Origin: Magallana gigas
Lineage: Eukaryota
Reading direction: 5' to 3'
Assembly (NCBI RefSeq): GCF_963853765.1
Contig: NC_088855.1
Coordinates: 34,782,001-34,846,000 of the forward strand
Length of the DNA: 64,000 nucleotides
Notes under the pieces: model-generated
Seen by the model: only the letters and a program-made list of their open reading frames with translations
Told to the model about the DNA's origin: nothing
Database searches by the model: none
Shown here: one piece after another, positions 25,097 through 38,600 of the stretch
Position numbering within the stretch: position 1 is the stretch's first letter
Layout of the letters: every line of letters starts with the position of its first letter
Translations under genes and position numbers: made by a program

Positions 25097-26195
25097 TATC
25101 TCCTTTGGTTTAATGTCATCAAAAGGTCAACATTGTATTTTAATTTTACAATAACTTAGAAAATAGCCAAGCCATACGTGTACAATTCAGTAATATTTTC
25201 CAACAGTATAACGTTACTGTCAAATAGTATTGGACCAATATTATAAAGTTCCCCTTCTTTTTTATACAGTTCCACGTTTGGCAAACACACAAAGATTATT
25301 TTGGTTATTGCAATTGCTTTACACATGTTGGAACATTTTCCAACCGAGGTTTGAAATGCATAAAACTGAAAAATATTTTGTTTTAATTTCTCCTCTGTTC
25401 TGCTCCGACATCTGTTCTGCTCTTTAACAAGAGTGTATATTCGCTAATTCGTGAAGATAATAACTCGATTCTTAGGATAAAACTACAACTAGCCCTAGTT
25501 ATTAATTCATTTTTTTATATTCCTATACTGCAGCTTAAAATGGGTTTAATAAAAAAGAACATTAAAGTTTGTTGAATCTAGAATATGAAAAATGTCTTGC
25601 CATTACATACATGTATCTGCAATACACTACATCCTCAGTAAAGACCTTTAAATAAACTTGTACATCTGAAACCTATTTTTTTCTTCAACGGATATATTAA
25701 ATTGTCGCCAAAGGTGATCTCAAATGGTCAACCATTTTCAACAAGACAAGAACAACTATGAAATCATTGGATTGAGATTAACAATTTTTCACAGAGAAAT
25801 TTCAAATCTTGTTAAGAAGATATTTGACACTATATATCATAATTTATATTATATATTTTACATGCGCGGATCCAGAAAATTTTTCCGGGGAGTTGGGGTC
25901 CGAGGCTAGGGATATTTTAAGTTAAGAGACATACTCTCGGAAATTTTACAGTGTGAATTGGACAAATCTGAATTTCCCGGGGGGGGGGGGTGTTATATCC
26001 GCCCCTTCCCCTCTAAATCCACACGTTGGTGTATGGAAACACAAATGTTCCCGAGAGTAAGGATTTGTCAATCGCATGCTGTGAAAGATCAACTATCTTT
26101 TAGTCTTATACTGATTTGACTTTCCAAATTTTAGATCAAACAGACATTAATAAAGTATTTGATCTACAACAATGGATCGAGTTGACTTACTTTCA

Positions 26196-26443
26196 GAACC
26201 ATTTTAACAAGAACTTGGACTTTCAGTAGGACGAAGCTATCTAATTCTTGCGTCAAAACAAGTTTAAAATGACACAGTTTCAAGCGAAATATACACCGAT
26301 TGCGTAGTCTTAGCTCAAAAGCCAGACATATCTTGTTGATTCAGAGAGCAATGGCTGAGTGGCTGACAATGAAATAGACTAGCCTATGTCACATTGCTGT
26401 TTAACACAACTACCCAAAGTCCAAGCTCTTGTTAAAATGGTTC
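26196..26443. mobile_element. MITE, duplicate of 14515-14762
   Basis: Same TIRs, inverted relative to 24873-25096. Confidence 0.75.
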
Positions 26444-27210
26444 AATCTCCTCCGTAGCTCATATGAAGCCCGTAATGTGGTCGTATTTACTTTGCCATGC
26501 AGCTCCGAACGCATGAAATGGAAGGCAGTGGTTATGAAGAGGGAGATTTCTGACTCGTTGTGCCTTAAATTTTAATTTCTTTGGAAAATTGCAAGCTTTT
26601 ACCCGGAACACTTACTTTTTATCAATCAGAACATCGTTAGGCCTTTTCCATCAAGTCGAGTTAACGGAAAAGGTCGAGCAATGGTCCGATTGACTTTTTA
26701 TACCTTTTCACATGATTAGATAATTTTGATAAATCGATATATTTAAGATTTTTCAGATAAATATAAGTCGAAAATGTTAGGAAACCAACAGGTTCACATG
26801 TATTAGTACACCATGTAATGTAAACAGTATCTGAATCAAGATTCAATCTATTGAGTGCTGTATGAAAAAAAGAGAGAAAAGTTAGTGAAAATGTTTTCTT
26901 AGCAGTACACCAGAGATAAATATATTATATACTGATGAACACTCAAAGATTTCTGAAAAAAAACATTTCTTATAACATGTTTTATGCGAGGAATTTGACC
27001 TTGTTCTTCAACATATAGCCACCATTGCATTCAGACCAGGCTTAAAAAAACAATGGTGTTTGATACATGTATAAGCCTTAAAGTACATATATTTCGTATC
27101 GTATTTGCTTTTCAATTTCATTTTGTAAATTTATTTTATAAAAGTCTTGCATGGGAAGAAGCACATACAAATAAAATTTCTGAGTAACTCAACTGAATAT
27201 TGCACATTTT

Positions 27211-30200
27211 TCACAACTCGGCATTCAAATCAATGTTCATTGGAAAGAGAAAATCATGCATGGCATATTTCCAAGTCCACAACTTTGCCACTTTGTTAAA
27301 CTGTTCTCTCTCGGTCAGGTACAACTTTCCAATCTCTGGTTCCATGCACACGAAACAGTAAGGGTCTGTCAACAGAGACTGTATAGAGATAAGAACTTTG
27401 GATATAGTCAGGGCCAGGCTCCAGTTATGGTGAATGGAATCCAGTCCTACATCTCCATGTCTGCTGATATTAGGATGAAATATTTTGGTGATGAATCTCA
27501 CTTTTGGTGGTCTCATAGGATAGCTGTAAATAACAATATACATGTATTAACAACCTATAGTACATGTATTTCAATTTTCGCCTTCTTTATTAACACTTGA
27601 TCAATTGATAGATAAAAACTAGAGTTGAACTGGATATTGAATTGTCAGGGATAACAAGAGCACTAAATTTATTGAAATATGGCACATCATAAAATGTTCA
27701 CTATCTCAGAAAGCACCTCCAGATGAAAAAATATGTCAACATAAGTTTTGATTTATGTTTAAGAGGGCTGGATGGTTGGGGCCATTTTTTAGGCTGTATT
27801 GATCTCCTTAAGAAAGAGAGCTCTTTATAAAAATATAAGAAAATACCCCCCAAAAAGGTAAAATATCTGGAATTATCTGAACTACATAATAGTTTATAAT
27901 AGTTCATAGCTGAACAAATCACATCTTAAATTTTTAGGTAAATCTGATGGTTAATTTGTTGACTATCCAGCCTCCTTAATCCTTAAAAAAAAATACTTAC
28001 CTGCATTTTGACACACTTTTATACCACAATCCTCAAAAATAACATGTTAAAAAAAAGAAGAAAAAAAAACAAAAAACAAAAACATCCCATTATATGTGAA
28101 CCAGTTATTGTAGTCAATATATACTTTTGCTGGTAATTAGTTTACCTTTGTGGTATTTGTAAGTAAAGTAGAAATAGTCCCCCTTCATAGGGACTTCCCT
28201 GGGGACCAGTAATGGAGGCTTGCCAGTGGCAGCAATGTCTGTCCAGGGGGGTGGCTTTGATGCCCTCTGGGGGGTCAGACTTCAGGGTCTTTAGTTCACT
28301 GCGTAACCTTCTGTGTCTCCAAGAGTTTTCCTCAATGGGTGGGGTGCTCTAAAGAATTAATAAAAGTACATATTAAACAAAAAAGGGTGTGCTGGCATTC
28401 TCTGGTTGTTGCTGTATAAAGCTATAGAATATCAATATTGTTTTTTTTGGAACCGCTTAGAGGTTACCCCACCCCCATAGTTTGTATCTGAATTATTACA
28501 TTCATAGCGAATATATTTTATTTCCCCCTTAAACCTGCAATTCTAACAGTCTCTTATGCAAATGAATTATATCAATGGCACTTGACAGACTAATTCTTTG
28601 GAATTCCCAATAAATATAATGAATAGGTGGTAGTGACCATGTGCAACATATTTTCTCTAATGTTAGTTTATGTACAATTCATGATAAGGATTGCTATTTA
28701 CACATTAAGTGCCTTGTAGGTAAAACTGATAGAAAACCTCAGTATTTGACAAACCTAAAGCAACAAGGCATCTTGTTTCCTGTTTTTCATCTCATTATAC
28801 GTATATACATTGTCTATTTTCTGGTTCAGTTATCCCAAACAGACACAAATAGTTATTATCCCAAATTTAAAGCAAATTCTTAAGCCAAAATGAGACTTTT
28901 TCCAAATACATGTAATACTACTAAAGAATCTGAAAAATTTGAGATAATAAAAATAATCTCACCTGTAACATCATGCTCTCTAAACAATATTTGCATGGAG
29001 AACTTTCTAGCCTGTAAATGAAATAAATGTAAAGCATTTTTCACTAAAATTAAACAAACTTTTAATTGATGAAACATCTTTAGAAACAGTGTACTTCTGC
29101 AGATAATCCTACTATTTCAATGATAAACTGGTACAAAGGCCATATTAAAATAACAAATTTATGCTAACTTTCCCCATTACAGCTACTCCATTTATGCTAT
29201 ATACCAGTACTTCATCTTAAAATATGCTTAAGGAATCTTACTTATAGGTAAAATACTAGTACAGTGTAGTTTACAATTTGGTTGTGCCCTTTTGTTTTAT
29301 GGCTATGTAACACATGATTATGGATACCAAAACAAAACAAGAATTACAAGAGACAAGTGTTTGTATAATTAGCAGTCTGGGAGTACTTACAATTTTGTGT
29401 AAATTGTTTTCCATTTTTTAACACGGTACTGTGGATAAAACAAGGGCCACCGTAATTTACAAAACTCTTTCCACTGTGCATCGGTGGTTTCTCCATCTAG
29501 AATCTGTCGCCATCTTGTACAAACTCGGCCAGCAGTCCACAGGGAGATATCATCCAGGTACTTAAACACTACCAATAGCACTACAAACAAACCAAAAATG
29601 TTTCACTGAGACCATAAAGGAACTATCAAATTCTCTCTCAATAAAGACGATACAAGTATTAATTATCATTCATATATTTACAAAAAGAAATAAATAACCA
29701 AAATATTAATACATGTATTCATATCTAAACACATGTCCTTGAACATGTATCATCATTTATCAACATGCTGAAGCATTTTCTAACTTCAATATGTTTGAAT
29801 TTAATAAGATATTGTTTATGATGTTTGAGTTTGACTTTATTCGATCTGGTTTTGATTTTCCAATAACCCAAAGGGGGAAGTGGTTACGCCAATTTTTTGT
29901 ATATCATAATTTATCTTCAACATTTTGAATTTTACAAAAATCAATATTAATTCAGTTTGATGTAGAAAAGAAAAATACAAAATTTCATTTTCTCAGAAAC
30001 TGCATGCATTTTTCTATCACAAACAATAATCTTGTTGAGTCTTTTTAGGCAGTTTTTGTTTAAGTTAAATTATTAATCACTTTTCCTTGTAAATCATTTA
30101 AAGAGATATTTTGAATGAGATGAAGCAAAAAAAGGAAGAGCAAGAACAAAAAATCTGTACCTTCCGGTGGTATGGAGTCCACCAGTCCTTCTGGTACATG

Positions 30201-31529
30201 GTCCTGCTTGGTGCTTACAGTCAGCAGAGAAATCCGCTCTGCTAATTTATCTTGTTTGTGAGGAATCGGTTTGACTCGGAGTGTTGGACGTTTTGGCTTT
30301 GGGGTGTAAAAATCGCTCTCCACACCAGGCTCTTCATTACCCGAGTCAGCATCTGAGTCATCCTTCTTCAAAATGTTTGGAAAATGATTTTATGCTAATG
30401 CAATGATAACAAAACTGGCAATGCAACTAATATAAACTGTTACATTATTGTGTACCAGTATATAGAAAAGACAACATAAGAATGTTCTAACTTAACAAAT
30501 AATTGCCTCTTATTCTAGCGACTTACTAATATTTAAAAGTCATACCCTTTACATCAAATATAAAAGAAAAATTCAATTTGACTAAATTTATTAATGAACT
30601 TTTGTTTGGTGACTTACCACCTCTGCATACACCTCTTGTTGACCGTCTTCAATGTCAATGTCGGAAGAGAACAGAAATAAATGACATGTACTGCAAACTG
30701 GTTGTCCAAAGTTGAAGCTGTAGTAGCCTTCACAGACCATACAACAGGAAAACTAAAACAAAGAAAATAGCTCACAAAAATAGTCTATAGGCCTACATAC
30801 AATATCTTTAAAGCCGATACATGTATGATCACTGGTCAGAAACCCAGAGACATGCTAAAAAAATAACTGATCGTGGGTTAACTCAAATTAACTTTTTTTC
30901 ATTTTATTAATTGTCATACCAGTGAAAAAGCAAAACTTTTTTAGTAGTTGGAGGCACGAAAACAAAGATTTACATGAAATGGGACAACGTAACAATCTAA
31001 TTAAAATTAGACTTGTAATTCTGCTCCTCAACGATATGCTATACAAGATCTAACATTATCCCGTACTGGGTCATCTCAGAGTGACCTCAAATGTTGACCA
31101 ATAGTATAGCGTATAGTAGAGGAGCGGAATTACAAGTCTAATTGACAATGTATTGTTCTGCATTCGCCCAGTTTTTGATGAATTCCACAAAAATATGATA
31201 CAATAAATTTCAAATTTAATCAGTATTTTTTATTGAGAGGTGCTGGGGTTTTTTAATATATATGTGGCAAAGCAATATACAACTTATGTCAAGTTATTAT
31301 AATGCACGTATTAACGGTTAAACATATTACTGTATGACTGATTTGCAAATTATCATACACGAAATTCATAGACTGCAGCAAGCACATTTCATATCAAAGC
31401 AATTTAATATGAAATATACTTTTTGATATTAATTACCTCGGTATTTAAAAACTCCTTTAATGTTCTAGACGCACAGACATCGCATTTTTCTTTGGGAGTC
31501 GATTGATTGTTTTTAACCTGGACAGCCAT
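27211..31529 (-). CDS. morgue: Morgue-like protein: Cys-cluster/zinc finger + F-box + catalytically inactive E2 (UBC) domain
   Basis: Exons 31529-31437, 30752-30618, 30365-30161, 29580-29391, 29011-28963, 28348-28146, 27523-27211, all phases consistent. Motifs are CMVCEGYYSFNFGQPVCSTC, F-box IPPEVLLVVFKYLDDISLWTAGRVCTRW, and UBC RRLRSELKTL..GPQGSPYEGG..YPMRPPKVRFITKIFHPNISRHGDVGLDSI with Gly at the active-site Cys position. Confidence 0.85.
31005..31143. mobile_element. Short MITE in intron 1 of the Morgue-like gene
   Basis: 25-bp TIR aattagacttgtaattctgctcctc / gaggagcggaattacaagtctaatt (1 mismatch). Confidence 0.75.
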
Positions 31530-33267
31530 ATTTTATTTCCTTCAGAATCACGAGCCCGAGTGTATATGCAAAAACTTATGCACATAAGCAAAAAAGGAAT
31601 ATCTTATTCATCTATAGCTTCATCTATTATATTTTTTTTCACATATTTAATAATATCTTGTCTGATTGATATTTTTAATGATTATTTGTAATTTTAAATC
31701 TTACCAAAATTGTCGGCCCTTGGAACCGTTCATCATACCTGTCCACCAGATGGCGTTTCGATTTCCGCAAAAACACAGGACATGCGATAATGCAGGTGTG
31801 ATATTTACTGAAACAGCTCAGGTAAGGGCTGACCAAGGCCTTTATGTTTATACACAACTTGACCTCTCGACAGGGTGGTCAGACACACACCAAAATAAAA
31901 ACAAAATATCATTTCCTACCGTGAATGTCCGTGATTAATTGTTTATCGAGCCAAAGTGTCATGCAGTGAACTTGTTTTGTTTATAAAATAAATATGCGCC
32001 TTTCATGACTAATGTGAATTATTATTTTCTGTTATTTAATCATACATTGTATGTTTTTCGGCAATTTGATATAAACTTACAGACGTGTATGTGTTCGGTG
32101 TATCGCGATGCATTAAAAAAAATAATAATTCCATGTCTAGCTGATCGATATACATCAGTATACATTCATTGATTTTATATGTGCCCGCGATCTTCCCTTA
32201 TTTTCAAATATCATAAATTATATAAAAAAAATTAAAGTAGACTTAACTTTTCTAAAAGTTAACAGTTTACATGACAGTCCCAATGACAGGACTTGAAATT
32301 TCTTCCATATAATAGGCGACGTTTTATATATATCCACGATAGATGCATGTACATTAAATAGTACTCAAAATAAGGACAGAATAAATATTATATGTTTCCA
32401 AACAGACAAATAAAAAAATAAATACAATTAAAAGCAAAGATATCTTAATATACACTACATGGATGGATACAATTCTCGTGGCAATGCATATTCAGGTTAA
32501 ATGTATAAAAATGATTCTTCTGTAAGACGTCTTTGATTTGATTCTACATGAGCACGAGCGTACAAGGCCTGAGAAATCCCGAGCATTTACATATGATTGA
32601 CAGTGCCTTGGAAAAACTTTTGAGAGCATTGGTACATATATATAGTTCCTGTGTGTATTCATATTCTTAGATATGACAATAACATTAAAAACGACTTTTC
32701 CATTGTTTTCTTTTTTAAAATTTTTTTTATACAGTACAAACCATTATTACAATTCTGTATATGCGGTATTTAAAACATAACAGGGTAAAATCGGGTATAC
32801 TCGCATTGTCGACGTTATCTGTACATGTAAAATATTTATTACCCCCCCCCCCCCAAGAAAATGAACTTAAATTTAGAAAAATTTATGAAAAAATGATTAA
32901 ACTTCAGATTTCACGTCTATTTAGTCGGAAATTTAAAATACAAGTCACTATCTTGGAGAAAATGACGCAATATAGAGACGTTAAAATTTTGAAAAATCAA
33001 ATTCTAAATCTTAACACAAAAAAACAAAGTTAAAAAAAGGTTTCGTTCTCCGTTTAAAGATCCGCTCATGTTGATTTTAATTCTTAGTCAATAGATGATA
33101 TTTTGCTCACCTTTTTAGCTCAGTGTCGAGGGGAGAAGTATGGCTAAACGACGGGTCAGATGAAACATGACTAATCATGGTGCACTCAAAGAAAACAATA
33201 CATTTACTGGAAGACATTAAGTACTGAAGCAAAGGTAAAAAAAAAATCACAATCACGCCAGTGAAAA

Positions 33268-33831
33268 ATGGCTAAGGATGAAGATATCGACCAGGGACCT
33301 ACAACAGACACCCCCACAACCCCGCCTCCCCCCGCCATTGGGTACCCGGAACACGATGGGGGCGGGGGGCGTTCCTCTACAGACTTTGTAGCCGCTGTGA
33401 CGGTGGCCATACTTGCAGTGATCATTGTGATAACATGCGTGCTGGTAGCCCGCGCCATTCGGAAGCGACGGCGAGCTAGACAAGGAACAAGAATGGATCA
33501 GCGCATACCCGCCATATCAACAGGAGTCATGGGAACTCGTACGTATTAATTCCTTTTTTTTTTTTGGTGATATCATAAATAACGATATCCAACGAGTTGT
33601 TAAAGATATACATGTACGTGTTTACCTGATCGGTTTTGTTATTTTTAAGCTGCTGCAGCATACAGCAATATTCATATCAGCCAACCAACGCCTTCCTCTG
33701 CAGTCAGCTGGGAACCAATAGAAACTCAGCAATATTCGGAATACACGACCCGTGATTTATTTCCCGTTGAAACCAACCAATCCGCGAACGATCCTGGCGA
33801 TGTCTCCTCCAATCAGGCAGAGAGTTCATAA
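33268..33831 (+). CDS. Uncharacterised small single-pass membrane protein
   Basis: Exons 33268-33538 and 33650-33831, GT-AG, phase 1, second exon open to TAA. Acidic/Pro-rich N-terminus, TM FVAAVTVAILAVIIVITCVLVA, basic stop-transfer RAIRKRRRAR, GC-rich coding-like composition. The 5' end is uncertain. Confidence 0.7.
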
Positions 33832-35655
33832 ATGTTATATTTTTAACTATTGATACTCTCCGGTATATTTGCTCAACCAGTACAGTTTATTTATAAGATG
33901 TATGTGTAACAAAACATTATACCACATATTTTGATATCACACATGTTGGTTTTATTTTGATTGTTATTTGAATCTCATGTATAACTGAACAAAATGTTGT
34001 AGTACAATTGTCGACCATGTTTAACTTTATTCTGTGATACAAGCATATTTTCATTTTACGTGTTTGTACCACACAAACATTTCATGCATATATGATATTA
34101 AATCATTACGTTATCTACATCTTAAAATAAATAGTCTGTACATGTACTATTTTGTTGATATTGTATGAAGTACTAGCATACACAATATTCAACAAAACAT
34201 GGTTATTTTTTGAGAATATATGAATTTAACGAATATGCTTGTATGTACCATTAAATTAAAAACCTGTAAAGATATATATACAATGGTGATGCATTTAATA
34301 TACAGTTATGCATTTATATTAAATTATTTTTTAAAACTGCCCATGCCTTGTAATGTTTAAGACTGGTAACATGCACCTGGTTCTGTGTTGGAAGTGTCTC
34401 TTTATTGTATAAGGGGTATAATAATAATTCATCGCAGTTACAATGCTTGTAGCATGGGCATAAATTATTTGTTGTATTATTCATCATAGCCGTGCAGGTA
34501 CATCAACTGACTTAGTCGCAGGTTTAATGGGATAGATACTATATACATGTAGTACTGATATCATAGAAAGCAAACCAAGCATTTATAAATATATGCCAAT
34601 TTTATTTTCTCTTTGTTTCACAAAAACACTCAACAATGACATGATAATGTGCTGATACATGTACAATGAACACTCGTGTGCAATGATATATGTCCATGCA
34701 AACAATGAACATCCGTGTGCAATGATATGTGTTCAAATTTAAAACATGGTCTGATTTCACAAACTGTGTCAACATTACATCGCTTCATAACATTTTCTGT
34801 ATTCCTATATAACATCTGAATGTTGAGAAGACATTGACTTTTTTTAAGTACATTTAATTAAAATGCACAACGTCAATGTTCTTGTATCAACCTAACAATC
34901 TATTTTTTTCTGGTTCTTTTAAATCACTACACTGCCACCTCATTCTAAAACTGCCTAACAGAAACTGCATGCATGTGATGCAACTACATGTACTTCTATA
35001 ATTTGGACATAGTATTAATTTGTGGAAGTTACATGTAATTGAAAGTTGATGAGCAATTCCAATTTCAATATACAAAACTTGACTAATGAACACCTACCTG
35101 AAGATGTTCACATATTCCATCACCAAAAACTAGGTGTCTAAAATCTTTAATGCCTTTTTTTCATATCTAAATATACATTTATCCATCTGATTTCTATTTT
35201 TTAAATCAAGTTCTTAAATAAAATAGCTATTGCAGTAGGCATTTACTGGTTTTAAAATACTCAAAAGATGTTCAACCCATACATATTGCTTGCTTGTATA
35301 ATTTAGTATGATGAAAAAACTCAAATTTTATAACGCTAAGATGAGACTCAACTCAAATTCTCAATTTGTTTTATACAAAAACTTTTTTTGAAAAATATTG
35401 ATCACCTACAATACAATTATAGGTTTGAAAGACAATGTGCAACAATATTGCATCAACAAATTAGGTCAAACTAAACAAATATCCTTTAAACACTTTAAAT
35501 TAAAATGAAAATGTTCTTTCTATGTCCTATGTCTATTTATCAATACTGTTTCAAAGACACTGCATGCAGCTGAGTGAAGACACGCAGGTAGTTATATTCC
35601 CAATCAACCACATAGTTGTTTCCTGAATCACAAAACAGATAATTGTCCTACACAA

Positions 35656-38600
35656 CTAAAGATATTGCTTGGCTAATGCGCGCAGGAACTTCCTCTTGCG
35701 CATCTGGACGGCACGCTGAATAATGTCCTCGGGATTACTGCTGTTGAGATCCAGTTGAGTTAGGGCTTTCAACTGAAGAAGATAATGAAGCAATTTCAAT
35801 TCCTGTATCTCAGTCTAAATGCAAAAGTCATGTTAAAAGCCAAACGATAGCATGCATTATATTCATGTTCTAAGTTAAAATGCTTAGTCAAGTTGCAAAA
35901 GTCTTGCATAAATCATGCATTTCAACATCGGCATTAATATTGTGATTTTTATGAGGAACTGAAGTTGCTCCATAACATCTATAGCAGATGTTATAATCTT
36001 ATGATAATTAATTTAAAAACAAGAGCCCCATGGGCCACATCGCTCACCTGAGGTAAGCTAAAGAGCCCTAACATGCAATTAGCAGACAAAGCAGTGACCA
36101 AAATTGGTTGAAGGAATCAAAAAATAGGTAGTAAAATGATACTGTCACTTGAAAAACAAAATAATTTTTTTTCTCAGTTGTTTAATAATTTCTTTTCAAA
36201 ATTCTGATATCATGACACAACTGTCAATGAAGCATATATTGTTGAATAACGATCATCAAACAAAACACTGTAATGACAACTACTACAATCTCCCTTCATT
36301 AGTTTCGTTGCCCCACATTCTCACAGATTGACTATTCTGATACTTACTGCTGCCTGTTTTTTCTCCATTTCGCCTCGTTTGGAATGCAAGTCTTTGAAAG
36401 CACAGTTGAGAAAAAAAAACACTTGACAAGTAAATCAGAAACAATAATTTTGTAATCAAAAAAGGTCATTATACCCTGGCAAGGCTGAGACAAGATAAAT
36501 ATATGACGTCAACAGGATATGAGATATCTTTGCATGATTGACTTCAGTCAATCAAAATTGAAGATCAATCAGCCAATTCTGAATTTCTGGTACATATACC
36601 AGGTAGGGTTTATAAATAAATTTCAGGTACACTTTAAATATATATATTTACATCTACCTAGTATTTTCTCCTCTATTTTTCAAGAGAACTGATTGTTATT
36701 CATAGCTTTATAGAAACCGATGGGGCTGAAATCTACACCATCTGTGCAGTTCTAACAACCAGTAGTTTATCCTTCTATTGCATCTTTTGGTAACCTAAGA
36801 AAAAATCACTGACTGCACAAAATAACTAGAATAATGTCAGACTCAAATTACCACATAAGATGACTTGGCAATTATTTTATCTAACATTGTGATGTACATT
36901 AACAATAATTTAATTACTTTTACCTACTTTTTATGAATAATTTAATAATTTGTTAAAAGAAATATGTAAATATTAACAACAAAATGCTATCTTTGGTGAT
37001 TCATGTGGGTTGTGAAGGTAGAGATTATTGCAAAAAACTTGTGTGCAGGTTATGTAATTTTTCTGGAATGTCGCTACCTTCATATCCCAAATGAATCAAC
37101 AAAGAAAGCATCTTATAGCTTAAGTATAAAGCAATTTGGGTAAGGATACGGACAAGATATTCTAGAATGCTGATGTCCCATATACAAGAGTAGTAGGTAT
37201 CCATGGCATCATAACAATTCCTCTCCTGTAAAGCTTTAAAGCAGGTAGTGTAGTCAATCTCATCTGTGAACTGACAGAGCACTGCCACCTACAATATCAA
37301 TGTAATATTTCTACATGCATGTTATTGTAAAATATGTACATTAAACAGTACATAAGGAAAGATTTTCCATGTACTGGGTGTATCAATTTATAGACAAAAG
37401 AAGCAACTTGAAATGGGCTAAAATATAATTACCCTTGAATATGGTACATTAACAGAACTTTTCACTATTTCATATCATACTGCAAAAAATGTCTCTAAAT
37501 AGTTTTCATAGTCTATGAGGTGTTTGTTAACCATCTGATTAATTCATAATAACCATTTGTAATTGCATGACAAACCTGTGTATGACATTGCAAATAGGAG
37601 CAACATTTGATCATCCTCTTGTAGACCTAAAAAAAAAAGAAAGGAATACGCCATTGTAAAAAATAATAAATACATGTATATACATGTACAATTAATGTCA
37701 CTTATATGGTGCATATATATGCTAAAAAGTGTCTCCCCCTCCCCTCCAAAGGGGAAAAAACATGGTCGGAAAAATTTCATATCCAACTCAAAGTTGTTAC
37801 CCAGGTTTGAAGGTAGTAAGTTATCTCACCTGATCCTCGTATATACTTTTTGGAACAGCACTAGAAAAGAAATCGGACGCCACAACTCCAGCTTCCATGT
37901 AAAACTTCATGGCTGAGGAATACTGCCCATTAGCTGTCAAATGAATTCAAATATAAGTATACTGTCTCAAGTGTAAATAGGCAGCAGCTTTTTCAGTCTC
38001 AAATGACAAGCACATAAAAGGTAAAATTGACTTTGACTTCAAACTAAGTAAAAATCGATAATTTTATTTTTAAGGGCCAAGGGTAAGTATATTGTTTATC
38101 GATAACTATATGTACATGTATAAACAGATTTTCAAATTCCTCAAGCGTAAACAGATTTTCATGTTCCATTAACAAGCAAGTAAATGTGAAATAAGACTGA
38201 CACCGAACCAATCAAGCCAAAAACAGTATTTTGAGGGCCTTACTGACTACCATATATACACTAACGAATGAAGAATAAGTCATTTTTTAAAAATAAGATA
38301 TAAATGATGTTCGCACCAAAGTAGATGTCGGCCTGTGTTCTGAGCCATGAAGGTTGGGCGGGGTTGACCTGTAGGGCGTGCTGCATCAACATGACCACCG
38401 CCTCCTCAATCCCCGGCTTGTTCATTGCACTGATACTACAAACAAGATTTCACATTCACTTTGTTGTTTCCACTCACTTTACTGTTCTAGTATATACTTG
38501 CAGGAGGATGAAGTTAATAAAAAATTAGAAATCCGGGTTTTTTTTACAAAATTTACACCTCTGGCTCCAGTTAAAAATTTAAAATCTTATGGCAAAAATT

